A stretch of 54,190 nt of DNA from a virus (Duplodnaviria; Caudoviricetes): positions 1-54,190 of IMG/VR virus record IMGVR_UViG_3300010370_000050; one strand, written 5' to 3'. Shown here piece after piece: positions 29,172 through 37,778 of the stretch. Made by a program: the position numbers and the translations under genes. The notes below the pieces were generated by a model. That model saw only the letters and a list, made by a program, of their open reading frames with translations, was not told the DNA's origin and made no database searches. The stretch's first letter is position 1; the number at the start of each line of letters is the position of its first letter.

Positions 29172-29362
29172 AACAACGTGGTGCCTCGCGTAGCGCCTCG
29201 AGCAAGAAGCTCAGACGTGGTGGCGAACCTTGGCTTGTCGTCCTCAGTCCTACCTGGAAGAGCCCACATATCAGGCTTGGTGTAGTGGGGAACGAGGGAC
29301 ATGTTTCCCAGGTGCATCACTGGGGTCCAGTCCATCTCCATTCGGCTATTCATGTCGGTCAT
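29138..29362 (-). CDS. Hypothetical protein
   Basis: AAGGAG RBS; in operon. Confidence 0.55.
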   Translation of the reverse strand: MTDMNSRMEMDWTPVMHLGNMSLVPHYTKPDMWALPGRTEDDKPRFATTSELLARGATRGTTLLWPRLWTKGLQ

Positions 29363-29379
29363 TTGTTACTCCTTTTAGA

Positions 29380-29787
29380 TCAGAATGGGATATCGTCCTC
29401 TGCTTCGTCCAATGAACGAGCTGGGGCCTTGGGTTTTGGTTTCGGCTTGTCTTCTTCGCGCTTGGTCAGCAGCACGACCTTGTCGGCCTTGATCTCAGTG
29501 GTCTGACGCTTGTTGCCTTGCTTGTCTTCCCACTCACGAGTCCGAAGAGAGCCCTCTACGTAGAGCTGGTCACCCTTCTTCACGTACTGCTCGATCACCT
29601 CAGCAGTGCGGCCATACGCCACGATGCGGTGCCATTCCGTGGCTTCCTTCATCTCGCCACTTGACTTGTCTTTCCAGCGCTCTGACGTGGCCACAGACGC
29701 CATCGCGATTGCGTTTCCGTCCGCGGTGTACTTAGCCTCAGGGTCCTTCCCCACTCGGCCAAGGATCGTTACTTTGTTGACTGACAT
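29380..29787 (-). CDS. ssb: Single-stranded DNA-binding protein
   Basis: SVNKVTILGRVGKDPE, TEWHRIV, C-terminal EDDIPF. Confidence 0.97.
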   Translation of the reverse strand: MSVNKVTILGRVGKDPEAKYTADGNAIAMASVATSERWKDKSSGEMKEATEWHRIVAYGRTAEVIEQYVKKGDQLYVEGSLRTREWEDKQGNKRQTTEIKADKVVLLTKREEDKPKPKPKAPARSLDEAEDDIPF

Positions 29788-29797
29788 TCGTTCTCCT

Positions 29798-30430
29798 TTA
29801 GAACAGATGGTTGGTCACTGAGATCGGCGTGATCTCGTTCGGGTAAAACTCTTTCTTCTTCAACCGACCAGGCTCGGTGTCCGCTACAACGTGGGCCCAG
29901 AACAACGCGAGCCTCGGCATCAACCATCCCCAGTACTCCCTACTTCTCGGAAGGCGGGTCACCGTCATGCCGAACGGTGTCCAGCAAACAAAGTCCCACC
30001 ACTCCCGATTCGTTACTTCCATCAAGCCCTGGCACTGCGCCATGTAGTACACAGGCACCCCGTCGTAGACCTTCTGATCGAACGGGCACTTGAACTCCAC
30101 CCCACCAGAATGCCCGACAAGCCCATCAGGAGAGCCGCCAAGCCACGAATACTCTTGGTGTGGTATGAACCCCACCTCCTCCACTAAATGGCCTGTATGG
30201 AGCTCATACGCAGCCAGAGCGACCTTCTCGTTCATGTCACCCCAAGCTGTTGCTGCGTTGCCTTCGAAGGTTTCGCGTTTCGTTAGGCGACGGAAGAGCT
30301 GTTGTCTGCTTCCTGGTGAGATTCCTGCTGCTTGGCCGAAGACGCTGCAGGTGAGCTTGCCTTCGCGCTCTTTGAACCACTCTTCTGTGCGCTGAGCTGC
30401 TCCTTCATGGCGTCCTTGATCGCTTCGCAT
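29798..30430 (-). CDS. YqaJ/lambda-exonuclease family nuclease
   Basis: QRTEEWF..R, GGSPDGLV, EFKCP, YMAQCQG. Confidence 0.92.
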   Translation of the reverse strand: MRSDQGRHEGAAQRTEEWFKEREGKLTCSVFGQAAGISPGSRQQLFRRLTKRETFEGNAATAWGDMNEKVALAAYELHTGHLVEEVGFIPHQEYSWLGGSPDGLVGHSGGVEFKCPFDQKVYDGVPVYYMAQCQGLMEVTNREWWDFVCWTPFGMTVTRLPRSREYWGWLMPRLALFWAHVVADTEPGRLKKKEFYPNEITPISVTNHLF

Positions 30431-30993
30431 GCCTTCTTCTCCGAGTTATCCAACTTCAAAAATTTCCCAGACAGTTCTTCCAGGGTTTTGCTGGACTCAA
30501 GTTCAGCTTTGATCTTGAGGATCCGTTCTTCTGATACGACTTGCTTCGGAGGATTGGCTTGCTGATGCACAGCGTTCTCCACCTCGTTAGCCGAGGCGAA
30601 CTCACCGCCGTGGATTCCGAGAGCTGCTAAGGCACGACCGATTGCGGAGGTCGCACAGTTCTCAACAGCACTGGTCTTGTTGATCTGAGATGCATTGCGC
30701 ATCTCTTCGGCATCACCCTCAGCGAAGGTGATCCATTCAATCGAGGCTGACATGCCGTCATGAGTCTTGATCGGGATATCAATGAAGGCCTTGATCTGAA
30801 CAACATCGTCGTCAGCCCTGATGATGTTGGTTCTGAATCTGCCGTACACACCGAACGCCTTGCGGAAGACTTCAACCCGCGTTGCTACTGTCGTGTAGCG
30901 CTTCCTTCCGATCTGGATTCCCTCGTCGTTCAGCCTTGCGCATTCCGTCATGGCTGTTTGCAGCGCCTTGTCTGCCTGGTCCATCGTGAACAT
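30283..30993 (-). CDS. Putative single-strand annealing protein
   Basis: Y..VATR...INKTSAVENCATSAIGRALAALG; next to exonuclease and ssb; AGGAG RBS before ATG 30993. Confidence 0.7.
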   Translation of the reverse strand: MFTMDQADKALQTAMTECARLNDEGIQIGRKRYTTVATRVEVFRKAFGVYGRFRTNIIRADDDVVQIKAFIDIPIKTHDGMSASIEWITFAEGDAEEMRNASQINKTSAVENCATSAIGRALAALGIHGGEFASANEVENAVHQQANPPKQVVSEERILKIKAELESSKTLEELSGKFLKLDNSEKKACEAIKDAMKEQLSAQKSGSKSAKASSPAASSAKQQESHQEADNSSSVA

Positions 30994-31038
30994 CGTTCGC
31001 TCCTGTGACATGGATGCTTGATTACATCCGATACAGGA

Positions 31039-31078
31039 ATCATACATCCTTGTTTGACGAATAACAAGTGAACTTGTT
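31039..31078 (-). promoter_or_regulatory. Leftward sigma70-like promoter (PL-like) with overlapping palindrome
   Basis: Minus strand TTGTTA-17-TATGAT; AACAAG-TGAA-CTTGTT at 31063-31078. Confidence 0.6.
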
Positions 31079-31141
31079 GGAAATATGCAGGAAAACGGAA
31101 CGCCTCTAGGGAAATGTCAGAAGCGTTGTGCGAATGCAGCA

Positions 31142-31168
31142 ATAAAAAACCCCGCCGGAGCGGGGCTT
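31142..31168 (-). terminator. Rho-independent terminator after the repressor remnant
   Basis: Minus strand CCCCGCTCCGGCGGGG then TTTTTTATT. Confidence 0.85.
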
Positions 31169-31184
31169 CGCTAAGCGATGGAGC

Positions 31185-31217
31185 TCAGCGTCGGTACTTG
31201 CGGTGCTCGACCACGGT
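31185..31217 (-). pseudogene. C-terminal remnant of a CI/S24-type repressor
   Basis: Reads TVVEHRKYRR-stop, like S24 repressor C-termini, at the expected cI position and just upstream of a terminator. Confidence 0.55.
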
Positions 31218-31221
31218 CCAC

Positions 31222-31251
31222 TTGCATGATCATCCGAAAATCAAGTATCCT
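31222..31251 (+). promoter_or_regulatory. Rightward sigma70-like promoter
   Basis: TTGCAT-18-TATCCT ahead of the structured leader. Confidence 0.5.
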
Positions 31252-31260
31252 TGTTGGAAC

Positions 31261-31353
31261 GCCGGGATAGGTGGGACCTCATGACCCCACTGAAAGCTAA
31301 CCAGCTCCAGCCTCCCGGCTCACTCCATTTCTTTGGAGCTGGAACGGAGCTGA
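31261..31353 (+). ncRNA. c4-antisense-like structured leader RNA with target sites
   Basis: Stems GCCGGGA/TCCCGGC and GTGGG/CCCAC; CCAGCTCC is complementary to GGAGCTGG (31335) and GGAGCTG (31346). Confidence 0.5.
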
Positions 31354-31356
31354 TAA

Positions 31357-31587
31357 ATGGAAAGTCCCTTCTACATGATGTGGGTCGCCGGAAAAGGCGC
31401 ACCGAAACGCATCCATCCAACACTCGAACGAGCTCGCGAAGCTGTCCAGGCCTACAAGGACGACGGCGGAACACGCGAGGTGTTCATTCTCCAGGTCGTT
31501 GAGCAGTACCCGGGCCGGAGACTTCTGACCCTGAAGCGTCGACCTGACTCAAACAAGGTCGAGCCCAAGCATCCAACACCTATCTGA
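31357..31587 (+). CDS. Hypothetical protein
   Basis: FYMMWVAGKGAPKRIHPTLERAREA; GGAG RBS. Confidence 0.65.
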   Translation: MESPFYMMWVAGKGAPKRIHPTLERAREAVQAYKDDGGTREVFILQVVEQYPGRRLLTLKRRPDSNKVEPKHPTPI

Positions 31588-31599
31588 CGTGAGGGAACC

Positions 31600-32271
31600 A
31601 TGCACTTCTACCCTCACCACATCGGAGACTTCCTCCGAGATACCCACTCCCTCACCCCACAAGAATCGTACTGGTACCTCAGGCTAATCTGGCTGTACTA
31701 CGAGACAGAAAAGCCCCTCCCCGATGACGTTCCGAACCTGTGTTTCAAGATCGGAGCTCGAGGTCATGAGGACACTGTCCGCATTCTGTTGCAGAACTTC
31801 TTCAGATTCGATCCGTATCTGAAATCACATACGCATCAGAGGATCGACAGAGAAATTGCCAAGTACCAACGCAAGGCAGCTTCTGCAAATCGTGCGAATC
31901 AGATGCGATGGGCATCTGAAACGGATCTGAAATCAGAAAAGAAATCGGATACGGATCAGATCCTAACCAAGAACCAAGAACCAAGAACCAATAAAGAACA
32001 TACGCCACAGGTGGCGGATCTTCTGCCTGATGTTGATCCTGCTGTCCTGAAAGACTTCGTTGCTTTGCGAAAGAAACTCCGTGCTCCGATCACTGAGGTC
32101 GCTGCAAAGGGTCTGATTCGCGAAGCAGAGAAAGCAGGGATCACTCTCACTCAAGCACTGACGATCTGCTGCGAGAGAAGTTGGCGTGGCTTCAACGCTG
32201 ACTGGCTCAAGGACAAGAAGGCCAAGTCCGACGAGTTCGATTGGGACGAAGCACTGCGAGGTGCAGCATGA
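31600..32271 (+). CDS. YdaU/DUF1376-family replication initiator
   Basis: MHFYPHHIGDFLRDTHSLT...YYETEKPL; NQEPRTNKE linker; C-terminal RSWRGFNADW. Confidence 0.88.
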   Translation: MHFYPHHIGDFLRDTHSLTPQESYWYLRLIWLYYETEKPLPDDVPNLCFKIGARGHEDTVRILLQNFFRFDPYLKSHTHQRIDREIAKYQRKAASANRANQMRWASETDLKSEKKSDTDQILTKNQEPRTNKEHTPQVADLLPDVDPAVLKDFVALRKKLRAPITEVAAKGLIREAEKAGITLTQALTICCERSWRGFNADWLKDKKAKSDEFDWDEALRGAA

Positions 32272-32690
32272 ACCAACACCTCGAGACAGTCTTAGGTCGC
32301 CTCAGGAAAGTCAAAGGTAGGAACGGGAACTGGGTTGCATGTTGCCCAGCTCACGATGATCACAACCCTTCCATGACGATTCGAGAAACGCCTGATGGCA
32401 CCATCCTCATGCACTGCTTCTCCGGCTGCTCGATCCACGAGATCGCTGACGCAATCGGAGTTGACCTCACCGATCTGTTCCCTCCTAAGACCGACTATCA
32501 CAGCTCCGGTCCTAAAGCCCAACGCTTCTACGCATCCGACCTGCTCAGGGTCATCGGATTCGAAGCGCTTGTTGTGCGCGTTGCTGCAGCCAACATGGCC
32601 CAGGGCAAATCCCTTTCCGAAGAAGACAGAGAGCGCTTGAACAAGGCGCAGTCCCGTATCGCAGAAGCACTGGAGCAAATCAATGGGTAG
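32268..32690 (+). CDS. Primase-type CHC2 zinc-finger protein
   Basis: CCPAHDDHNPSM...HCFSGC. Confidence 0.85.
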   Translation: MNQHLETVLGRLRKVKGRNGNWVACCPAHDDHNPSMTIRETPDGTILMHCFSGCSIHEIADAIGVDLTDLFPPKTDYHSSGPKAQRFYASDLLRVIGFEALVVRVAAANMAQGKSLSEEDRERLNKAQSRIAEALEQING

Positions 32691-33624
32691 CCTGACTTCA
32701 ATCGAGCGAGTAGCTCAGCGTCTCGATGACGAGAGATCCACCAGGCTACACAAGGAGGACGTTGACTTCGACGGGTACATGACTCAGCGAGACAAGGACA
32801 TTGCGAAGATCAAGGGACCCGAAGACTTCCGTGAGATGGTGCATCAAGAGTTCATGGGAGAGGCCAAGCTTGCTGGTCTCTTACTTCCATGGAGCAAGAT
32901 GGCTGACAAGTTTCGTGTCAGGCCTGGTGAAGTAACCATCTGGACTGGATTCAATGGTCACAAGAAGTCGATGGTTACAGGCTACGTAATACTTTCGTTG
33001 ATTGCGCAAGGTGCAAAAGCGGCGATAGCATCGTTTGAGATGAAGCCGCATAAGACATTAAAGCGTATGTGCTGTCAGGCAATTGGAACCAAGGAGCCAA
33101 CGACTAAGTACATCGATAAGTTTCTGGACAAGATGACCGGAAGCTTATGGCTTTACGACCAGCAAGGTGAGGTGACGGTGGATCGGATCATCGCCGTCGT
33201 CTACTACTGCGCTGAGCAGCTCGGTATCACCCAGTTCGTGATCGATTCCCTGATGAAGGTGGTCGCGAATGAGGACGACTACAACGGGCAGAAGCGCTTC
33301 ATCGATCGGCTCTGTGCTGCAGCTCGAGAGCTGAACGTCCACATCCATCTTGTCCATCACTCACGCAAGAGAGACGACGAGAAGACCCGCCCTGGCAAGC
33401 AAGACAGCAAGGGTTCCGGGGCGATCGTGGACCAGACCGATAACTTCGTTGTGGTGTTTTGTCCCCCGAAGAAGGAAGGTGAGGTTGATAAGCCTGACGT
33501 CCTTCTCTACGTGGACAAGCAGCGGCATGGCGACTACGAGGGTGTGTGCCCCCTCTGGTTCGATGACCGCAGTCTTCAATTCCGTGAGGGATCAAGCGTT
33601 CCTCGAAAGCTATGGGTTGATTGA
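32683..33624 (+). CDS. SF4 (DnaB/T7 gp4-like) replicative helicase
   Basis: Variant Walker A GFNGHKKS, SFEM, VIDSL, HLVHH, KQRHG. Confidence 0.85.
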   Translation: MGSLTSIERVAQRLDDERSTRLHKEDVDFDGYMTQRDKDIAKIKGPEDFREMVHQEFMGEAKLAGLLLPWSKMADKFRVRPGEVTIWTGFNGHKKSMVTGYVILSLIAQGAKAAIASFEMKPHKTLKRMCCQAIGTKEPTTKYIDKFLDKMTGSLWLYDQQGEVTVDRIIAVVYYCAEQLGITQFVIDSLMKVVANEDDYNGQKRFIDRLCAAARELNVHIHLVHHSRKRDDEKTRPGKQDSKGSGAIVDQTDNFVVVFCPPKKEGEVDKPDVLLYVDKQRHGDYEGVCPLWFDDRSLQFREGSSVPRKLWVD

Positions 33625-33965
33625 TGAAGCGCTTCAAACCGGACGCCGATTTCGTGGCAGTCCAATCTAACCGGATGCACGAGCTGCTTAGGCAACGTGC
33701 TTCCGTGTCCAGGGAAGACCTCGAGTACGCAGTGGAAGCGATAGCCAGGTTGAAAGACGAACGCCTGAAGGCTTGCGTTATCGAGCTCATTGGCTGGGGC
33801 GATGAGGAACGAGCAGAGATCGAGACCTTCGTTGCGATCGCCATCGAGGTGATGAAGCGGACCAACGTCTCCAAGCTTCGTGAGTGCGCTCGGATCGTTG
33901 AGCTACGTCACTTCTTCAACGGAGGGAATAATCGTGATCAAGCGACTCAAGAACATGTGGTGTGA
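33624..33965 (+). CDS. Hypothetical protein
   Basis: Coupled to the helicase stop. Confidence 0.6.
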   Translation: MKRFKPDADFVAVQSNRMHELLRQRASVSREDLEYAVEAIARLKDERLKACVIELIGWGDEERAEIETFVAIAIEVMKRTNVSKLRECARIVELRHFFNGGNNRDQATQEHVV

Positions 33966-34131
33966 CTGGTTCCACCACGGAGGAAGGATCACCCGGGATG
34001 AGAACGGGTTCATCAACTGGCGCTGCGATACCTGTGGTCGGTGGGCTTACCCGACAGCCGCGGAAGTCGAACGTGCCGTCATCAACCAGGACATCAAAGC
34101 GCATCTTGCAAAGAGGGGAAAGAACAAATGA
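33934..34131 (+). CDS. Small Cys/His protein
   Basis: GGAGG RBS and GTG start; WCDWFH...WRCDTCG. Confidence 0.55.
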   Translation: MIKRLKNMWCDWFHHGGRITRDENGFINWRCDTCGRWAYPTAAEVERAVINQDIKAHLAKRGKNK

Positions 34132-34445
34132 AGAAGCCAAAGACTTACACCACTCAGCTTGGCTGGGTCACCTTCGAGTTCCAGTCACATCACTTGAAGG
34201 TCGTGAACTTTCTCAAGTCGGTGGGTGGAACGGCAACCCTTCAGGAAATTACCGCGGCCTACGGCAAGGGAAAGATCTGTCCGGTAAAGGCCTTGCTCCA
34301 GCTCGGGAAGATGGGTGCTGTCTCAAGGGAGACCATCCGCCTTCGCGGTGGGCGAGGAGACAAGATCTCGTACTACACGCTATCCACCTACCGTCCAGCA
34401 CTCGATATCAACTTCAACAACCCATTCGGTCTGAGGGCAGCATGA
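34128..34445 (+). CDS. Possible winged-helix protein
   Basis: ATGA overlaps at both ends; ATLQEITAAY...LLQLGKMG. Confidence 0.55.
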   Translation: MKKPKTYTTQLGWVTFEFQSHHLKVVNFLKSVGGTATLQEITAAYGKGKICPVKALLQLGKMGAVSRETIRLRGGRGDKISYYTLSTYRPALDINFNNPFGLRAA

Positions 34446-34672
34446 ACAGAGAAGACATCATCCGCATGGCGCGGGAGGCTGCGTTCTCTGAACCAGCACA
34501 CCCATTCATTACTTGGGGCGCAAGCGACGAACAGCTTGAACGCTTCGCTGCCCTTGTCGCCGCCCATGAGCGTGAAGAGTGCGCGAAGGTGTGTGATGTG
34601 CTTGCTGTACATCCTGAATATGCGTCAGACATTACAAAAGTGGCCGCGCAAGCAATCCGAGCAAAGGGGTGA
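34442..34672 (+). CDS. Hypothetical protein
   Basis: MNREDIIRMAREA...LERFAALVAAHEREECAKVC...AIRA, a common Proteobacterial phage pattern. Confidence 0.7.
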   Translation: MNREDIIRMAREAAFSEPAHPFITWGASDEQLERFAALVAAHEREECAKVCDVLAVHPEYASDITKVAAQAIRAKG

Positions 34673-34890
34673 GCATGAAGGACTACGTCGCAGGAGAGGC
34701 TGTGTGGCGTACCTCAGAAGAGCAGTCACCCCCGCTTGGATCAAAGCTCTTGCTCTTGAATCCAGGTGGTGTCTGTGTCGTTGGCCATTGGGCTGACTGG
34801 GCGGTTGCATGGGCACCTCTCCCTAAGGTACCGAGCCACATCAAGGAGGTTCTCGATGGATCGAGAAGAACAAGCGAGGCGCAACCGTGA
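34669..34890 (+). CDS. DUF551-like hypothetical protein
   Basis: PPLGSKLLLLNPGGVC...AWAPLP. Confidence 0.6.
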   Translation: MSMKDYVAGEAVWRTSEEQSPPLGSKLLLLNPGGVCVVGHWADWAVAWAPLPKVPSHIKEVLDGSRRTSEAQP

Positions 34891-35107
34891 AGCAATGCCA
34901 AACGTGGCAGCAATCCTCGATGAGTTCCGAGAAGTCTTCGGGCCAGATTGCAAGCTGCTTTACGGCAAGGATCACGTCACTGGTCATGAGGTTGGGACAC
35001 CCTCACCTCGTGGTGTCGAACCAATAATTACCCCAAGGAAAGACGATGAAGATCTCAGACGAACAGATCGAAAGACGACTAGGCGAACTAAGGGGTATGG
35101 CCGGTGA
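34856..35107 (+). CDS. Hypothetical protein
   Basis: AAGGAGG RBS; MPNVAAILDEFREVFG. Confidence 0.6.
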   Translation: MDREEQARRNREAMPNVAAILDEFREVFGPDCKLLYGKDHVTGHEVGTPSPRGVEPIITPRKDDEDLRRTDRKTTRRTKGYGR

Positions 35108-35393
35108 GTACGCCGAGGCCTACGCCGAAAGGACCCACCTTGAAGAGTTCAAGAAGTCCAAGCTTGCGATGCTCATGAAGGAGGCAGAGATCGGTGGACA
35201 CAAGACCGTTGCCTCTCAAGAGCGTGAGGCCCTGGCGAACCAGGAATACATCAAATTGCTGGAGACCCTACGCATAGCAACCGAGAAGTCAGAGCGCCTT
35301 AGGTGGCAGCTCGAGGTGGCGAAGCTAGGAGTCGGTGTCTGGCAGACAGCTCAAGCAAACGAACGCATGGAGATGAAAGTGTATGGACGATAG
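35046..35393 (+). CDS. Coiled-coil protein (UvsY-like helical pattern)
   Basis: LEEFKKSKLA...QEREALA...WQTAQANER. Confidence 0.6.
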   Translation: MKISDEQIERRLGELRGMAGEYAEAYAERTHLEEFKKSKLAMLMKEAEIGGHKTVASQEREALANQEYIKLLETLRIATEKSERLRWQLEVAKLGVGVWQTAQANERMEMKVYGR

Positions 35394-35757
35394 GTACGTC
35401 GATGAACACGAGGCCCTGACATTCGGGCCAGTAGAGAAGGACCCCAATGGCCTAGACCCTCACACCCTTGGTGCCAAGCTGGACGCAGGGAAGGTCCGCC
35501 CTACCCTGATCTTGAACTCAATGCATCGAGCGATCCGTGCAGTCGTTGAGGTCGGGGAATACGGGGCCAGGAAGTACACCGAGGACGGATGGCAGCACGT
35601 TGAGCGTGGCTTTGAACGCTACAGCGATGCGATGCACCGCCACCTTCTGGCTGAGAACGACGAGATCCGCGACCCACAGACGGGCCTTACCCATGCAGCG
35701 CACGTCGCATGGAATGCATTGGCAAGGCTCGAGCTACTGCTGAGGGAGATCGAATGA
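35383..35757 (+). CDS. dATP/dGTP diphosphohydrolase (DUF5664-like)
   Basis: GAKLDAGK, YGARKY..DGW, RYSDAMHRH, GLTHAAHVAWNAL. Confidence 0.88.
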   Translation: MDDRYVDEHEALTFGPVEKDPNGLDPHTLGAKLDAGKVRPTLILNSMHRAIRAVVEVGEYGARKYTEDGWQHVERGFERYSDAMHRHLLAENDEIRDPQTGLTHAAHVAWNALARLELLLREIE

Positions 35758-36101
35758 AGATCATCCCTCCGTACCTCACCTTTCGTGACGCGCTTAGGCG
35801 TGGGTTTGTTGGCCGGATCGAGAACCGTAGCTACATGGAGTGGGTCAAGGGCTTGCCTTGTGTGAGCTGCAGCCAACCTGCTGATGACCCTCACCACCTG
35901 TACGGCAGCGGATACAAGGGCATGGGAACCAAGGTGCCTGACTACCTGACCATCCCTGTCTGTCGTAACTGTCACGACGCTCTCCATCACAACGTGTCTG
36001 GCTGGGAAGAAGTCAATGGATCCCAGTGGGAACACGCCGCCATGACCATGCTTCAAGCCATCTATCAAGGAGTCTTAAGTGAAAGAACCAAGTCTCGATG
36101 A
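35754..36101 (+). CDS. DUF968/HNH-like nuclease
   Basis: LPCVSC...DDPHH..G...GMGTK..D..TIPVCRNCH. Confidence 0.8.
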   Translation: MKIIPPYLTFRDALRRGFVGRIENRSYMEWVKGLPCVSCSQPADDPHHLYGSGYKGMGTKVPDYLTIPVCRNCHDALHHNVSGWEEVNGSQWEHAAMTMLQAIYQGVLSERTKSR

Positions 36102-36267
36102 CGTCGCCTTCATTAGCCAGAGGGCAAGGATTGAACTGCAGTTCATCCGTAAGCGGTGCGGTGAACTCAATGACCTGGTCAGCTCCCAGGCATCGGAGAT
36201 CCGGTACCTGAAGAACGAGCTGATGAAAGTGGAGCAGATGCTTGCCGTCGCGCAGAGGTTGTCATGA
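36079..36267 (+). CDS. Small coiled-coil protein
   Basis: AAGGAG RBS; overlaps neighbours. Confidence 0.5.
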   Translation: MKEPSLDDVAFISQRARIELQFIRKRCGELNDLVSSQASEIRYLKNELMKVEQMLAVAQRLS

Positions 36268-36968
36268 AGAAGAAGCGAGCAATGCGTGACGTCCTTGGGC
36301 CACAGCCTGTCCGCCTGATCTCATACTCCACGCCAAACCCGGAGGCCTTCCATGACCCAGACATGGACATCAAAGAGCTCGTTGCCTATTGCGCCCGTGT
36401 CTCCAACCCATCCAACCAACTCAACACAGAGACAGCAGACAAGCTCATCAGGTACCTCATCGCGAACAAGCACTGGTCCCCGTTCGAGATGGTTTCAATC
36501 TGTCTTGAGATCACTACTACCCGGGACATCGCAAGACAGATCCTCAGGCACCGAAGCTTCAGCTTCCAGGAGTTCAGCCAACGATACGCTGACCCAACTA
36601 AGGATCTCTCGTTCGTTTATCGGGAAGCAAGACTCCAAGACCCAAGCAACAGACAGAACTCCATAGACACGGACGACAGTCTGCTGCACGAGAAGTGGAA
36701 GTTCATGCAAGACCTGGTGCTGCACGAAGCCAAGCGAGCCTACAAGTGGGCCATCGAGAAAGGGATCGCGAAGGAGGTTGCTCGAGCTGTCCTGCCTGAA
36801 GGGCTGACCGAGAGTCGGATGTACATGAACGGGACCCTCCGGTCATGGATCCACTACATCGAGCTGCGCACAGCGAACGGTACCCAGAAAGAACACATCG
36901 AGATCGCCAGGGCTTGTGCCCATGTCATCGCTGACGTCTACCCAATGGAGGACGAGGATGAGCGGTGA
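36264..36968 (+). CDS. thyX: Flavin-dependent thymidylate synthase
   Basis: HWSPFE; RQILRHRSFSFQEFSQRY (RHRx7S); ARAVLP; QKEH. Confidence 0.96.
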   Translation: MKKKRAMRDVLGPQPVRLISYSTPNPEAFHDPDMDIKELVAYCARVSNPSNQLNTETADKLIRYLIANKHWSPFEMVSICLEITTTRDIARQILRHRSFSFQEFSQRYADPTKDLSFVYREARLQDPSNRQNSIDTDDSLLHEKWKFMQDLVLHEAKRAYKWAIEKGIAKEVARAVLPEGLTESRMYMNGTLRSWIHYIELRTANGTQKEHIEIARACAHVIADVYPMEDEDER

Positions 36969-37302
36969 TCACAACATGCACCAGAAGTCGCGGTCGTTTG
37001 TCGATCGTTATGAAAAAGTCCGTGAGCTAGTCAAAGACCCGACGCTTAGAGTCAAAGATATTGCAGAGCAGACTGGATACGACAAGGGCCATGTCAGCAG
37101 ACTACGCAAGGAAGCAATCAAGAAAGAATGGGTTGGGCTGACGCCGCGAGAAATTGAACTGCTTGACGGGATGATCGAGGTTCAACTGCACCACGCCGCG
37201 CAGTGCGACCACATCGCCAATCGGACAATGGCGGAAAAGCAAAAAGGCTGGGACATGGAGCGTGTTGCACTGCTTCGCAAGCTGCGGGAGAAGAACACAT
37301 GA
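36958..37302 (+). CDS. HTH-containing hypothetical protein
   Basis: LRVKDIAEQTGYDKGHVSRLR. Confidence 0.6.
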   Translation: MSGDHNMHQKSRSFVDRYEKVRELVKDPTLRVKDIAEQTGYDKGHVSRLRKEAIKKEWVGLTPREIELLDGMIEVQLHHAAQCDHIANRTMAEKQKGWDMERVALLRKLREKNT

Positions 37303-37778
37303 GCTTCATTGTTGGCTGCGACCCTGGCCTCAATGGGGCGATCGCTGTACTCACCAAGGACGGGGAGTTTGTGAAGGTCTTTGATACCCCGACCTACGAG
37401 GTGACCTCCGGGAAGAAGACAGTGCGCCGAGTCTTAGCTCCGGCCATCGTTGCTGAGCTCGAGCAATACACCAATGCCCAGGCCTTCATCGAGATGGTTG
37501 GATCACGTCCAGGCGAGGGTCACATGAACAGTTTCAACTTCGGAAAGTCTGCTGGAATCCTCGAGGGAATCATGGCTGGTCTCAGGATACCCTCTCAGAC
37601 CGTTTCTAGCATGGCCTGGACGCGTCAAATGCGAGTGGGTAAGGAGAAGGATCAGGCAAGGGCGATCGTCGCTCAGACGTGGCCTATTGCAGCCGCAGAG
37701 GTATCCAGGAAAAAAGACATAGGAAGAGCTGACGCATTACTGATTGCTGAATACGGGAGATTGACATGCGCTCGATAG
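37299..37778 (+). CDS. RuvC-like Holliday junction resolvase
   Basis: IVGCDPGLNGAIA, FIEMV, FNFG, GRADALLIA. Confidence 0.85.
   Translation: MSFIVGCDPGLNGAIAVLTKDGEFVKVFDTPTYEVTSGKKTVRRVLAPAIVAELEQYTNAQAFIEMVGSRPGEGHMNSFNFGKSAGILEGIMAGLRIPSQTVSSMAWTRQMRVGKEKDQARAIVAQTWPIAAAEVSRKKDIGRADALLIAEYGRLTCAR

Noticed and set aside
33962-34441. Long N-terminal extension of the 236-aa ORF
   Set aside because: Overlaps two better-supported genes; the credible start is ATG 34442
35383-35757. Z-genome (2-aminoadenine) system suggested by the dATP/dGTP hydrolase
   Set aside because: No purZ and no phage DNA polymerase in the window
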